A program made the position numbers and the translations under genes. The notes under the pieces were generated by a model. That model saw nothing but the letters and a program-made list of their open reading frames with translations. It did no database searches and was not told the origin of the DNA. Positions 32,501 to 41,944 of a DNA stretch of 64,000 bases are shown in pieces (position 1 is the stretch's first letter; each line of letters starts with the position of its first letter). The DNA comes from an uncultured bacterium (lineage in GTDB: Bacteria > Krumholzibacteriota > Krumholzibacteriia > Krumholzibacteriales > Krumholzibacteriaceae): contig CAWFAD010000007.1 of NCBI GenBank assembly GCA_963813815.1, positions 96,001 through 160,000 of the forward strand, in the 5' to 3' direction.

Positions 32501-32670
32501 TCAACGCGACCATGGACGGCGGCTCCTATCTGAGCGAAACCGGACGGTTCGGGGGCGCCTATCTCCAGGATCTTAATGAGGACGGAATCGACGACTTCAC
32601 GCCGGTGAACGATCCCACCGTGTGGGGCGATCGCAAGGCGTGGCGCATCGGATTCGGATTCGAATTCTAA
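29566..32670 (+). CDS. TonB-dependent receptor with N-terminal carboxypeptidase-regulatory-like domain
   Basis: Signal peptide; GRVTGKVVDEATGEPLAFANV; plug motifs HVRGGR, IDGVPV and TGGMDAEYGNAQSAIIN; ISPRLGFAFPI; GNPDL; C-terminal GFGFEF. Confidence 0.92.
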   Translation: MKGRTGARAGAFVLTASLMILVASSIAFAQSGRVTGKVVDEATGEPLAFANVIAVGTTMGAMTLNDGTFTISGVPVGTYTVRAMMMGYQASDKAGVRVDAGVPTEVNFRLKEAIVGRTQEILVEAEIPQIDVKSSDQRQRVSSDQLKELPVDDVAEAIALKSGIVKTGDELHVRGGRGGEVQFQIDGVPVDDPLGTGQISVGLLGTDQSEVITGGMDAEYGNAQSAIINVSTREGGKNFEGQVRYMTDDFGRRDKTYTNYDRLGVGFGGPTPIRNLTYYMSGEATFSDGENWTIADRDETKLLGGLVKYSGRQYIDYNVQGKVAWQLNPRLKVIGEAIYSHGVSDRYIHNWNIDGYVQKVYRFLTLRPSRDVVADEARSFGAYTSIYHGPWIDQEVTRVEYYPGSEDERRRVVYPIIVFAKVRDPNDPNRPAFLVRYDSFYARMLTNVFGEETEVIWDEAIVDGNGVRTGYYQSKQLFEGFQNPESKFSYFRDDSSYVYFNSAERVSTNESDDLNLKVAVNHNISDDVLYTVSLSRLQFKLLTTVDGKLPDEYNTAGLPATLPSGSWRYSGVSDQNFYTDPDYPYFVTCYDYPQYTNRLSKTYNLKADLTSKKWQNHQFKTGVQFIYNDLDEEFRNFPGRIRPLGDGTYMQGLSQNVFHNFNPEASYYVQDKWQYQGMVVNSGVRVDFFSPGNNTEIRINSSQIDPNVDKYKFQISPRLGFAFPITDRDKFHFHYGRFTQWPNRNFLFQSQDVLNGVGVIGNPDLDEELTVSYQAGVSHQFTETVATHFVVFTKDIFGLISTTRVLDEELGVQSYRFINRTYASSRGFEVSIEKQRSHYVGGEISYTFSYADGVASDAFFGVSAEGLTHLPTQEMPLDWDQRHTLNVTLSLQDQNKWGATIVYQFGSGLPWTPVDRFARRQDPLWENSERLPATHTVNLQGRKMFNIYGQELTLFFEGRNLLNEDIILSTAPGAFPGMINATMDGGSYLSETGRFGGAYLQDLNEDGIDDFTPVNDPTVWGDRKAWRIGFGFEF

Positions 32671-32698
32671 GGGTGCGCGACAAGAGGAGGATGTGCGA

Positions 32699-35183
32699 AT
32701 GAATCGCAAGGCGTTCAAGCTGGCGGCGGCACTGGCCGTGGCGCTGCCGATCGCGACCGCCTCGTACGCGAGGGACACCAGCACGTGGATCGAGAAGGTC
32801 AAGGATCCCGCCAGCCCCGTCTGGGTCCTCGACGGCTCGTCGGTGCACAACGTCGGGAATCTGCAGATGCACGTGACGAACTGGGGCGCGATCGGTTCGT
32901 ATCCGGGGTCGACGTTTCCCACGGGGGAGGCGCCGTCCGCCCAGTGGCCCGCCAACTCCGGCGTCGAGTACCTCTACATCGCGGGGCTCTGGGTCGGCGC
33001 GAAGAAAAACGGGATCCCCGTCGTGTCGACCGCCGCGTACGACATCGAGTTCCGGCCGGATCCGATCGATCCCCTCGCGAGGATATACCGCTCGTTCGAG
33101 GGCGCCGCTGGCGGCGCCCGCTATCCGAGCCCGCCCGACGACGACAAGGACGGCCAGATCAACGAGGACTGGCTGAACGGATCCGACGACGACGGCGACG
33201 GCAAGATCGACGAGGACTTCGCGGCGATCGGCAAGCAGATGTTCGCGTGCTGGTTCACCGACTTCGATCCGTCCTCCATCCAGGCGAACCCCGAGCATAC
33301 GCCGCTCAATCTCTTGGTCCGCCAGGAGAGCTACCAGTGGGAGGAGGAAAAGTTCTACAACTTCGTCGGTCTCGAGTACAAGATCAAGAACGTCGGAACG
33401 GAGAGCATCGAAGACCTCTATATCGGATTCTTCGCCGACGGCGACGCGGGCCCGCGCACCCGAGGAGCGTACCGGCTCGACGACTGCACGGGATACTGGC
33501 GAGGGTATCGTTTGCGCCGAGCGCGGCGACAACATCGTGCCGATCCGCGTGAGCTGCGCCTATTTCTGGACAAGGACGGCGACGAGGGGGCCACCGGGGC
33601 TATCTCGGCGTCCTCTTCCTCGGCCACAGCACCGACCCGCTCGGGAAAACGCTCCGAAGACGCGTCGCCATCACCTCATACCAGAACTTCGCGCGGGATC
33701 AGCCGTACGAGGAACGGCGGCGACCCGAACAACGACTTTCAGCATATGAGCTGCTGAGCAAGACAACGCGGGATCGCACGCAGGAAGTGCCCCTCGATTA
33801 CCGGATGCTGCTCGCGTACGGGACCTTCGGCGAGCTCGCGCCGGACAGCCAGCTCGATGCCTGCAGGTCGCGTTCTGCTGCGGCTGACGGTCGAGGAAGG
33901 CATGAAGACGGCCGCGGCGAGCGCCGCGCTCACGTTCTCGGGCAACTGGTTCGACATCGACGGAAACGCCCTCACGGGAAAGGACGCCGTGAGACGCCGG
34001 TCTACGGCCCCGCATCGAGCGTCGAGCCCGATTCCTGCGACGGAGAACACCGAGACGCTGTCGGCCGCGAGAGACGAGGTCATCTGGATCAACGCCGATT
34101 GCCGCCGGGAAATCGAGCTCTTTATCGATCGGAGCTGCCCCCAGGGAAACACGTCGTTCGCGGAGTTCCAGACGGGCGTGAACGGCAGGGAAAGGCAGGT
34201 CAATCTGGCTCGTCGGATCCGCGCCGCCGCCCGCCCGTCATGCGCTCATCCCCGAGGATCGAAGGTCACCCTTCTCTGGGACAACCGCAGCGAGGTCACT
34301 CCCGACGCGAGCACGCTCGAGTACGATTTCGAGGGGTACCGGATCTGGCGGGCGGACGGCTGGGACGCGTCCGTTCGGCACCTCGATTCTCACCGGGCCC
34401 TTCGCGCGACCTCTGGCAGCTCCTCGAGGAGAGGGATCTCGTGAACGGGCGTGTGCCGGATCTCGAGTTCAAGAAACCGTTTTCGTAACAACGGATGGGA
34501 ATACGAGCCGCTCCTCGCCCTCGGCGATCGGACAGGAACGATATCGTCGAGTACTTCGAGCAGAGCATCTACTAGTATCCGTGGACGACGTTCCCTGCCC
34601 GCCGGGACTGAGCGAGCTCGAGTGCGACACGATCGAGGCTCTCGCCCGTTACAATCTCGGTTTCGAGGGCGGGCTCCAGTACTACCAGTACGTCGACGGT
34701 CGGTTCACAACGGCATGCATTACTTCTACGCGTGACTCGTTCGACCACGTCATCACGGACGGCCTGCCGGTCGCGTCGGTTACTTCGGCGACCCGCGTCG
34801 AACTTCCAGTACATCGACACCGCTCTCGACGGCGCGGAGCAATCCGCCGCCTATCACGTGGAAGAGGTGTACGTCGTTCCGAATCCGGCGACGCGCGAGT
34901 CGCTCTCTCCGTGGCAGCTCTTTCCGAACAACGCCGATCCGACCGGCCTCAAGGTCGAGTTCCGGAACCTGCCGAATTGCCGAGCACGATACGCATCTAC
35001 ACGCTCGCCGGGGATCTCGTCGAGGTGCTCTATCACGACGGCGCCGGCGGAAACGGGAGCCACCGTGGGATCTCGTGTCGCGGAACGGACAGGACGTGAC
35101 GAGCGGCATGTATCTCTTCGTCGTGGAGAGCGTAGGACGACTCGTTCGACCGGACGATCGGCAAGTTCGTCGTGATCAGATGA
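32699..35183 (+). pseudogene. Large exported protein with FN3-like module and T9SS-like C-terminal domain; broken by many frameshifts (probably consensus errors)
   Basis: GAGGAGG RBS and signal peptide. HNVGNLQMHVTNWG, EYLYIAGLWVGA, Dx[DN]xDG repeats. Fragments in shifting frames: KVTLLWDN..DFEGYRIWR, VYVVPNP, TIRIYTLAGDLV, WDLVSRNGQDVTSGMYLFVVE, IGKFVVIR*. Confidence 0.75.
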
Positions 35184-35233
35184 CGAAACGAACGATACAC
35201 AATGACTGGATTCAATCCGAGGAGGTTGCAGAG

Positions 35234-36176
35234 ATGAAACGCAGGATTCTTCTGGCGGCGCTGGCGATCGTGATGATCCCGGGCGATCGTCGCGGCGGCG
35301 ACGAAGCCGTTCGAGAAGGTTGGGACCTATGCGGCCCAATTCCTCAAGATCGGCCCGTCGGCCCGCGCGGTGGGCATGGGAGGCGCTTTCACGGCGGTCG
35401 CGAACGACGCCACGTCGATCTACTGGAACCCCGCCGGCATCGTCGAGCAGACGCGGACGCAGGTGACGCTCAACAACGTCATCTATCCGGCCGACATCGA
35501 CATCTACTTCGCCGCGGCCGTTTTCAGCACGCCGTACCTGCCCGGCACCTTCGGCGTCAGCGCGCGCGCACTCACGATGGATCCGCAGGAGGAGCGCACC
35601 ATTTACATGCCGGAGGGCACGCGGCGGTACTTCGACGCGGGCGATATGTCCTTCGGGCTCACCTACGCCACGTATTTCACCGACCGCTTTTCCGCCGGTT
35701 TCACGGCCCATTTCCTCCACATGGGTCTCGCCGACAAGAGCGTCGAATCGCTCGCCTTCGATTTCGGCCTCCTGTACCGGATCGGCATTCAGGGCATGCG
35801 TCTCGGTATGATCGTGCAGAGCCTCGGCGGCGAGGTCGATTTCGACGACCGTTCGTCGAAGCTCCCGACTCTCTTCAAGGTGGGGCTCAGCGTCGACGCT
35901 TACCGCAGCGGCGCGCACGCCCTGCTGGCGACCGGAGAGTTCCAGCACCCGGTCGACAACAAAGAGCGCATGAACGTCGGCATGGAGTACGCGTTCAACC
36001 AGTTCTTCATGCTGCGCGGCGGGTACAACATCGGATACGATACCCAGGGCCTCGCGGGGGGCGCAGGATTCCGCCTCGACACGAGCCAAACCTCCGATAT
36101 CGGGCTCGATTACGCGTGGGAGGATCTCGGAAGTCTCGGAACGACCCACCGGTTCAGCCTGAATTTCAGCTACTGA
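35234..36176 (+). CDS. PorV/PorQ-family (FadL-like) outer-membrane beta-barrel (one frameshift near 35280)
   Basis: GGAGG RBS and MKRRILLAALAIVMIP. After a one-base shift: KVGTYAAQFLKIGPSARAVGMGGAFTAVANDATSIYWNPAG...LRGGY...DYAW...THRFSLNFSY. Confidence 0.85.
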
Positions 36177-36192
36177 CGTGAGGTCGCCGCAT

Positions 36193-37704
36193 ATGCGCGA
36201 CTGGCACCGCAAGGGATCGCGAATCAACCTCCTCGGAGCCATCCTCCCGGTGCTCGTCGCGCTCGCGGCCGGAGGTGGCGCGCTCGCCGCCTCGCTCGTC
36301 GGTCAGGGCGATTTTGATTTCTACGTCGACGTCGCCTCTCTCCCCACGGGAACCGGAGACGCGATACAGCTTCTGCAGGTCGCCGTGCCGACCAGGGAGC
36401 TGCGGTACGCGGAACAAGACGGCCTCTTCCGGGCCGAGATCCGCGTCACCTACGATATTCGCGCCGGGGACGAGAGCGTTTTCCGAAAAGCCGTGGAGCT
36501 CCGCGACTCGCGCTCCAACCCCCCGGCGGTGAAAGACCTCTCCTCGTTTCTCTGCCATATCGATTCGTGCTCGGTAGCGCCCGGGAACTATACCCTCACC
36601 GTGAAGGTGGAGGATCTCCAGCGCCGCAAGCAAACGCTGCTCGGATGGATGCGCAAGTCATATGCCGTCTCGATCGTCGATGAAGTCCCCGTCGAGGTGA
36701 CCGCTTCGCCGGCGGGGGCCCTCGTCGTCGGCGATCCCATCCTCGTGTGGTCGATCGACTCGCGCGGCGGCGTCATGCCCAACCCCATGCAGATTTACGG
36801 GTTGCGCAAGGACACGCTGACCGTGCTCGCGAACGTCGCCCTGCCGCCTCCGGCCTACGCCGACTCGCTCCGGATCCGGCTCTCGCTCACGAAGGGCGAA
36901 GGGGAGGCCATCGACGAGAAGCGCATCGCTGTGCCGCTGCGCGACGGGAGGAGCGTTTTCGTCGAGTCCTTCGACCTCGCCACCTATTCCGCCGGAGACT
37001 ATCGCGTTCTCATCGAGGCGGAGGCGGGGGACGGGCGTTTCGCTTCCGCGGGGAAGGATTTCACCGTCGCCTGGGAGCTTCTCAACTGGCAGCGGCCGGC
37101 GCGCGACATACTCATCGAGGCGGGTTTCATGTTCAACGAAGAGGAGTACGGGCGGTTCAGGCGCATGACGCTCGGGGAACAGGAAGCGCGCCTCAAGAGC
37201 GTGTGGAAGGCGATCGATCCGACGCCGCACACCGCGGTGAACGAGGCGTACGCGACCTTCCTCGCGCGGGTTCGATACGCCGACTCCCACTTCGGCGTGT
37301 TTCAGAGGGGCGTCAACTCCGACCGGGGCAGGGTGTACGTACGGCTGGGCCAGCCCGACGAAATCATCGTCCGGCCGGTTCCCAAGGACCGGGCGGATCT
37401 GCTCTCGGGCATGAACAAGGTCGGGGACGATTACGAGATCGTTCTCGAGGGCTCCCAGAGCGAGCGGGAGGCCCTGATGAGGGACATTCAACCGAGAGTC
37501 GTCTCTCCCGAGCGGCAGAGGGCCACGCGGGGAGACGTCGGGGGAGACGCGGGATCGTTCGAGATCTGGGCGTACAATATGAAGGGCGCGCCCCTGTTCT
37601 CCGGCGATTCGGGGATGACCATCAAATCGGGGCTCCGTTTCCTGTTTCTCGATAGCGACGGATACGGAGATTACCGTCTCGTCGGCACGTCGGAGGATAT
37701 GTAG
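36193..37704 (+). CDS. GWxTD-domain exported protein
   Basis: N-terminal hydrophobic segment and beta-sandwich-like domains, then WKAIDPTPHTAVNE...RVRYADSHF...GVNSDRGRVYVRLGQPD...FEIWAY...FLFLDSDGYGDYRL. Confidence 0.85.
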   Translation: MRDWHRKGSRINLLGAILPVLVALAAGGGALAASLVGQGDFDFYVDVASLPTGTGDAIQLLQVAVPTRELRYAEQDGLFRAEIRVTYDIRAGDESVFRKAVELRDSRSNPPAVKDLSSFLCHIDSCSVAPGNYTLTVKVEDLQRRKQTLLGWMRKSYAVSIVDEVPVEVTASPAGALVVGDPILVWSIDSRGGVMPNPMQIYGLRKDTLTVLANVALPPPAYADSLRIRLSLTKGEGEAIDEKRIAVPLRDGRSVFVESFDLATYSAGDYRVLIEAEAGDGRFASAGKDFTVAWELLNWQRPARDILIEAGFMFNEEEYGRFRRMTLGEQEARLKSVWKAIDPTPHTAVNEAYATFLARVRYADSHFGVFQRGVNSDRGRVYVRLGQPDEIIVRPVPKDRADLLSGMNKVGDDYEIVLEGSQSEREALMRDIQPRVVSPERQRATRGDVGGDAGSFEIWAYNMKGAPLFSGDSGMTIKSGLRFLFLDSDGYGDYRLVGTSEDM

Positions 37705-37768
37705 ACGGCATCCCGCGAGGCTCGCCCGGCCGGGCCGGTGCGCCGCTCGTGGCGGGAGGAATTTTCCA

Positions 37769-37797
37769 TTGACAAGGGGGGGGCCATCGATTATTTT
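37769..37797 (+). promoter_or_regulatory. Sigma70-type promoter upstream of exbB
   Basis: TTGACA-N17-TATTTT. Confidence 0.6.
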
Positions 37798-37955
37798 GCA
37801 CACATTAAAGACTTGGCTGAACGTGGGTTGGGAGCACCGAGGGTCATTCCCGCTCTGTATTGAGCCGTTGTTTTTCGTCGCTCGCGGGTGATCCCTTCAA
37901 TGAGGAATCAATTACCAAGCCGCCACACACAGGAGAAGCAGGAGGAGCGCGTGGT

Positions 37956-38819
37956 ATGGTAGCAAAGAACCTTTCGAAGCTCGCAGTGCTCGCTGCGGTG
38001 GCCCTCATCGCGATCGGCGGGATCTATCTGTCGGCCGCGTACGCCCAGGAAACGGGAGCGGCGCCGGCGACGACCGAAGCGGCGGCGCAGGGTGGGCAGG
38101 ACGAGCTCGCGATGTCCAAGGCGGACTCGCTCACAATCGTGAAGAAGATCGAGAACATGGCCGAGCATAAGCGTCTCGGATGGTTCTACAACATCCGCTA
38201 CAGCGGGCTCGGCGATTTCTTCGTGCGCGGCGGCGTTTTCATGTGGCCGCTGCTCGCGTGCTCGATCATCGCGCTCGTGTTCATTCTCGAGCGCCTCTTT
38301 ACTCTGTCGCGCGCGCGCGTCGACGTGAAATCCCTCATGACCCGCGTGACCCAGGCGCTCCGCGCCGAAGGGGTCGACGCGGCGCTCAAGGTCTGCGAGT
38401 CGACTCGCGGCCCCATCGCCGCCGTTATTCACTCGGGCCTCCTCCGGTCGGGACAGGGTCCCGAGGCGGTGAAGGAAGCGATCGAGACGGCCGGTTCGAT
38501 CGAAACCTCCTTCCTCGAGCGCGGTCTCGTGGTCCTCGCGACCGTTTCGACCGTCGCGCCGATGCTCGGGTTCCTCGGAACGGTGTCGGGTATGATGAGC
38601 GCCTTCGCCGCCATCGCTGCGGCGGAGCAGGTGAGCGCGAAGATCGTCGCCTCTGGTATCGAGGAGGCGCTTATTACGACGATCGCGGGCCTCACGATCG
38701 CCATTCCGGCGAGCGTCGGGCACGCCTATTTCGTTTCCCAGATCGAGCGGTTCGTGCTCGAGATGGAAGAGGCCTCCGCCAATCTCGTGAACGAGCTCGT
38801 CGAACTCGGCAAGAAGTAG
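37956..38819 (+). CDS. exbB: MotA/TolQ/ExbB proton channel protein with N-terminal extension
   Basis: GGVFMWPLLACS, APMLGFLGTVSGM, GIEEALITTIAGLTIAIPA. Confidence 0.9.
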   Translation: MVAKNLSKLAVLAAVALIAIGGIYLSAAYAQETGAAPATTEAAAQGGQDELAMSKADSLTIVKKIENMAEHKRLGWFYNIRYSGLGDFFVRGGVFMWPLLACSIIALVFILERLFTLSRARVDVKSLMTRVTQALRAEGVDAALKVCESTRGPIAAVIHSGLLRSGQGPEAVKEAIETAGSIETSFLERGLVVLATVSTVAPMLGFLGTVSGMMSAFAAIAAAEQVSAKIVASGIEEALITTIAGLTIAIPASVGHAYFVSQIERFVLEMEEASANLVNELVELGKK

Positions 38820-38839
38820 CCGCGAACGAGAGGATTGCC

Positions 38840-39250
38840 ATGGCAATCAAGAAAACAAAGTTGGAGCCGACGATTCCTGCGGCATCGCTGTCGGACATTA
38901 TCTTCCTGCTTCTCATTTTCTTCCTCGTCACGACGACGATGTCGGTCGAGAAGGGGCTGCCGATGTCGCTCCCCGGCAAGCAGTCGAAGACCGTGAAGCT
39001 CAAGCAGGAGTCGGTGTTCAACATCAAGATCACCTCCGACGGGCAGATCATCATAAAGGACATCGGCCCGATCGGGATCGGGCGCGTAAAACCGCTCATC
39101 GAGGACAAGCTCGGTCTCAACGACAAGCTCGTCATCGTCATTGAGACGCACCCCGACGCCAATTACGGCGTGATGATAGACGTCCTCGACGAGCTGCGGC
39201 TCGCAAAGGCCACGCGCATCTCGCTGCGGACGACGCAGCCGGGAACGTAG
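38840..39250 (+). CDS. exbD: ExbD/TolR family protein 1
   Basis: IPAASLSDIIFLLLIFFLVTT, YGVMIDVLDEL. Confidence 0.9.
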   Translation: MAIKKTKLEPTIPAASLSDIIFLLLIFFLVTTTMSVEKGLPMSLPGKQSKTVKLKQESVFNIKITSDGQIIIKDIGPIGIGRVKPLIEDKLGLNDKLVIVIETHPDANYGVMIDVLDELRLAKATRISLRTTQPGT

Positions 39251-39264
39251 AGGAGGCCTCCTCG

Positions 39265-39671
39265 GTGAAGATAAAGAGACGCATACGGGTCAAGAACGAG
39301 ATACCGACCGCCTCGATGGCCGATATCATCTTCAACCTGCTCCTCTTTTCATGGTAACGAGCATCTTCAAGATGGAGGAAGGGCTGCCCATCCAGCTCCC
39401 GCGCGCGAAATCGGGCGCCGACACGCAGCGGCAGCAGATCGTCCACATCTGGGCCGATCGCTTCAGCCGGATCAGCATCAACGACAAGCTCGTGCGCATC
39501 GAGCACATTCAGGGGATCATGGCGAGCCGTCTCGAGGAGGATCGCAGCATCATCGTCGCCTTCAACGTCGACGGCCGCACGAAGTACAAGCTCGTTTCCG
39601 ATATCATGGAGCAGCTCAAAGAAGCGAACGCCATCAACGTGACCTTTACGTCACTGTACGAGTCGGATTAA
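39265..39671 (+). CDS. exbD: ExbD/TolR family protein 2 (one-base deletion in the T-run at 39346-39349)
   Basis: GTG start after AGGAGG. EIPTASMADIIFNLLLF[F]MVTSIF is restored by adding one T. Also LPIQLPRA and YKLVSDIMEQLK. Confidence 0.85.
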
Positions 39672-39689
39672 GCGCAAAGGGGTACGAGC

Positions 39690-40322
39690 GTGGCCCTCGT
39701 TCTCGCAGAAAACCAGAAATTCAAGCTCGGATACAACCGCTATATTCGCAACGCGCTCTACGTGACTCTCGCGATTCACGTCATTCTCTTCTACATGACG
39801 CCCACTTTCAAGTTCAAGCCGTACGTGCTGCGCGAGGAGTATTTCGAGGCGATCGAGCTTCCCGAGCAGTTCGAGCTCCCGCCGCCGCCGAAGGAGATCA
39901 CCGCGCCCGCCGTGCCGATCGAAGCGGCCGAGGGCGAGGAGGTCGACGAAGAGGCGGACATCGCCCCGACGAGTTTCGAGCGCATCGAGGACGTTCCGCC
40001 TCCTCCGCCTCCTCCCTCCGAGCAGGCGTCGGAGTTCTACGCGTTCGACGAACCCCCGGTCCTCATCAAGTTCGTGAACCCCAAGTACCCCGATCTTGCC
40101 CGTCAGGCGGGGATCGAGGGGACGGTTCTCCTGAACGTGCTCGTGAGCGACAACGGCAAGGTGGTCGCCGTCGCCGTGCTCCAATCGGACGTCACCCCGG
40201 CGATGGACAAGGCGGCGATCGAGGCGGCGAGGCAGTTCATCTTCAAGCCGGCGAAGCAGCGAACCGTGCCCGTCAAGGCTCGCATGGCGATCCCGATCCG
40301 GTTCAAGCTGCACGGCGGCTGA
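39690..40322 (+). CDS. tonB: Energy transducer TonB
   Basis: TM helix with ALYVTLAIH, Pro-rich linker, YPDLARQAGIEGTVLL...FKPA...IPIRF. Confidence 0.9.
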   Translation: MALVLAENQKFKLGYNRYIRNALYVTLAIHVILFYMTPTFKFKPYVLREEYFEAIELPEQFELPPPPKEITAPAVPIEAAEGEEVDEEADIAPTSFERIEDVPPPPPPPSEQASEFYAFDEPPVLIKFVNPKYPDLARQAGIEGTVLLNVLVSDNGKVVAVAVLQSDVTPAMDKAAIEAARQFIFKPAKQRTVPVKARMAIPIRFKLHGG

Positions 40323-40350
40323 TCCGCGGCATCGAGCTAGATTCGTGCGA

Positions 40351-40379
40351 AACATGCCCGGCCCGAAGCCGGGCATGTT
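40351..40379 (+). terminator. Hairpin after tonB
   Basis: AACATGCCCGGC-ccgaa-GCCGGGCATGTT, a perfect 12-bp stem followed by CTGTTGT. Confidence 0.65.
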
Positions 40380-40454
40380 CTGTTGTACCGCCCCGCATTT
40401 TACCGCTGGAGCGCGGGGGCGAATCGTGCCACAATCGGCGGCGACGAGCCCCGG

Positions 40455-40511
40455 CGTCGATTTCGGCGGAACGGTCGTCGATTTCGGCGCAACCCGGCGC
40501 CGATTCCGGCG
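40455..40511. repeat. Three 14-bp direct repeats with 21/22-bp period
   Basis: CGTCGATTTCGGCG at 40455 and 40476; CGCCGATTCCGGCG at 40498. Confidence 0.8.
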
Positions 40512-40569
40512 TAGAAATGAATATATATTCGCTTCAAGCGGTAATGGTTTGCGAGAGGAGCCACCGGTC

Positions 40570-41922
40570 ATGAACAGAACGAGTCATCGCGCCGTCTGCG
40601 GCGCCGCCGTCCTCGTGCTCGTCGCCGGCGCGGCGATCGCGCCGGCGTGGTCGTTCGCCGCGGAGACGCGGGCGCTCAGCCTCGAGGAGTGCATCGCGCT
40701 CGCCAAACAAAACAACCCCGACATCGCGGTCGCGGGCGAAACCTTCAAGAAGGCGGAGAGCGGCCTGCTCGCGAGCTACGGCGGTCTGCTGCCGGGATTC
40801 TCGCTCGGCTTCTACACGGGCCACCGCTACTACGGCCCCTCGTCGGTTCAGTTCGACGCCTCAGGCCGCCCCGTCGTTCAGGACGGATTCGATTACGAGG
40901 ATTTCACCTTCCGCATGTCGTCCGATATCCAGCTCTTCGACGGCGGCGGGACCCTGAACGGCATTCGGGCGGCGCGCGCGGGCCGCGACGCGGCGCGCGA
41001 GGATCTCAAGTACCGCCGCGCGTACATCGAGGCGATGGTCATCCGGGCCTACTACAACGTCGTCCGCTACCGGATGCTGCGGACCGTCGCCGGCGAGAGC
41101 GCCGATCTCGCGAAGCGGAACCTCGAGCGCACGGAGGCGCTGCTCGAGGTCGGCTCCGCGACGAAGGCGGACGTCCTCAAGGCGCGCGTCAGGCACTCCA
41201 ACACGCGGCTCAGCGTCATCGAGTCGACGAACGCCCTCGAGCTGTCGCGCGAGGAGCTCGGCGCGTTGCTCAGGCTCGAGGACGTCCAGTCGATCGAGGT
41301 CGATACCGCGCTGGCGTTCGAGTTCAAATCGCCGGACGCCTCGGCGGAGATAGCGTACGCCAGGGTTCACCGCCCCGACCTCAGGGGCCTCGCCCACGGC
41401 ATCGAATCCGCCGGAGCGGGGATCGCGGCCGCGCGGAGCGGCTGGCTTCCCTCCCTCGGGGCCTCGTTCTACTACAACTGGAACGACCGCACGATGGCCG
41501 AGAACCTCAATTTCTTCGAGAGCGAGTACGCGTGGAGCGTGACGGCCTACGTCACGCTCGACGTCTTCGACCGGTTTCTCACGACCTCGAACGTGAGAAC
41601 GGCCAAGGCGAATCATCGCATCGCGCAGCATACGTACGACAAGGCGAAGCTCGAGGCGGAAAAGCAGATCAGGCAGCTCGTGCTGACGATGGTTCAGGGG
41701 AAGGAGCGATTCGCGGTCGCGAGCGAGACGGTCGAGCAGGCCCGCGAGGATCTCCGGCTCGCCGAGGAGCGCTACCGCGTCGGCGCGGGAACGATGCTCG
41801 AGACCATCGATGCGCAGGTCGCGCTCGTGCAGGCCAAGGCCGACGTCATTCAGGCTGAGTGCGATTACCTCATTGCGGAGGCGGACCTCGCCGTCGCGAC
41901 GGGGCGCAGCGCCGGCGAGTAA
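40570..41922 (+). CDS. TolC-family outer-membrane efflux protein
   Basis: Signal peptide; [36 protein letters not shown]. Confidence 0.92.
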   Translation: MNRTSHRAVCGAAVLVLVAGAAIAPAWSFAAETRALSLEECIALAKQNNPDIAVAGETFKKAESGLLASYGGLLPGFSLGFYTGHRYYGPSSVQFDASGRPVVQDGFDYEDFTFRMSSDIQLFDGGGTLNGIRAARAGRDAAREDLKYRRAYIEAMVIRAYYNVVRYRMLRTVAGESADLAKRNLERTEALLEVGSATKADVLKARVRHSNTRLSVIESTNALELSREELGALLRLEDVQSIEVDTALAFEFKSPDASAEIAYARVHRPDLRGLAHGIESAGAGIAAARSGWLPSLGASFYYNWNDRTMAENLNFFESEYAWSVTAYVTLDVFDRFLTTSNVRTAKANHRIAQHTYDKAKLEAEKQIRQLVLTMVQGKERFAVASETVEQAREDLRLAEERYRVGAGTMLETIDAQVALVQAKADVIQAECDYLIAEADLAVATGRSAGE

Positions 41923-41944
41923 CGGCGTTCGGGAAGGAGCGGGT

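Noticed and set aside
39341..39353. Second exbD as a pseudogene
   Set aside because: One added T in a homopolymer restores the canonical LLLFFMV TM segment; probable consensus error.
40455..40511. Mini CRISPR array
   Set aside because: Repeats are 14 bp with 7-8 bp spacers, far too short, and there are no cas genes.
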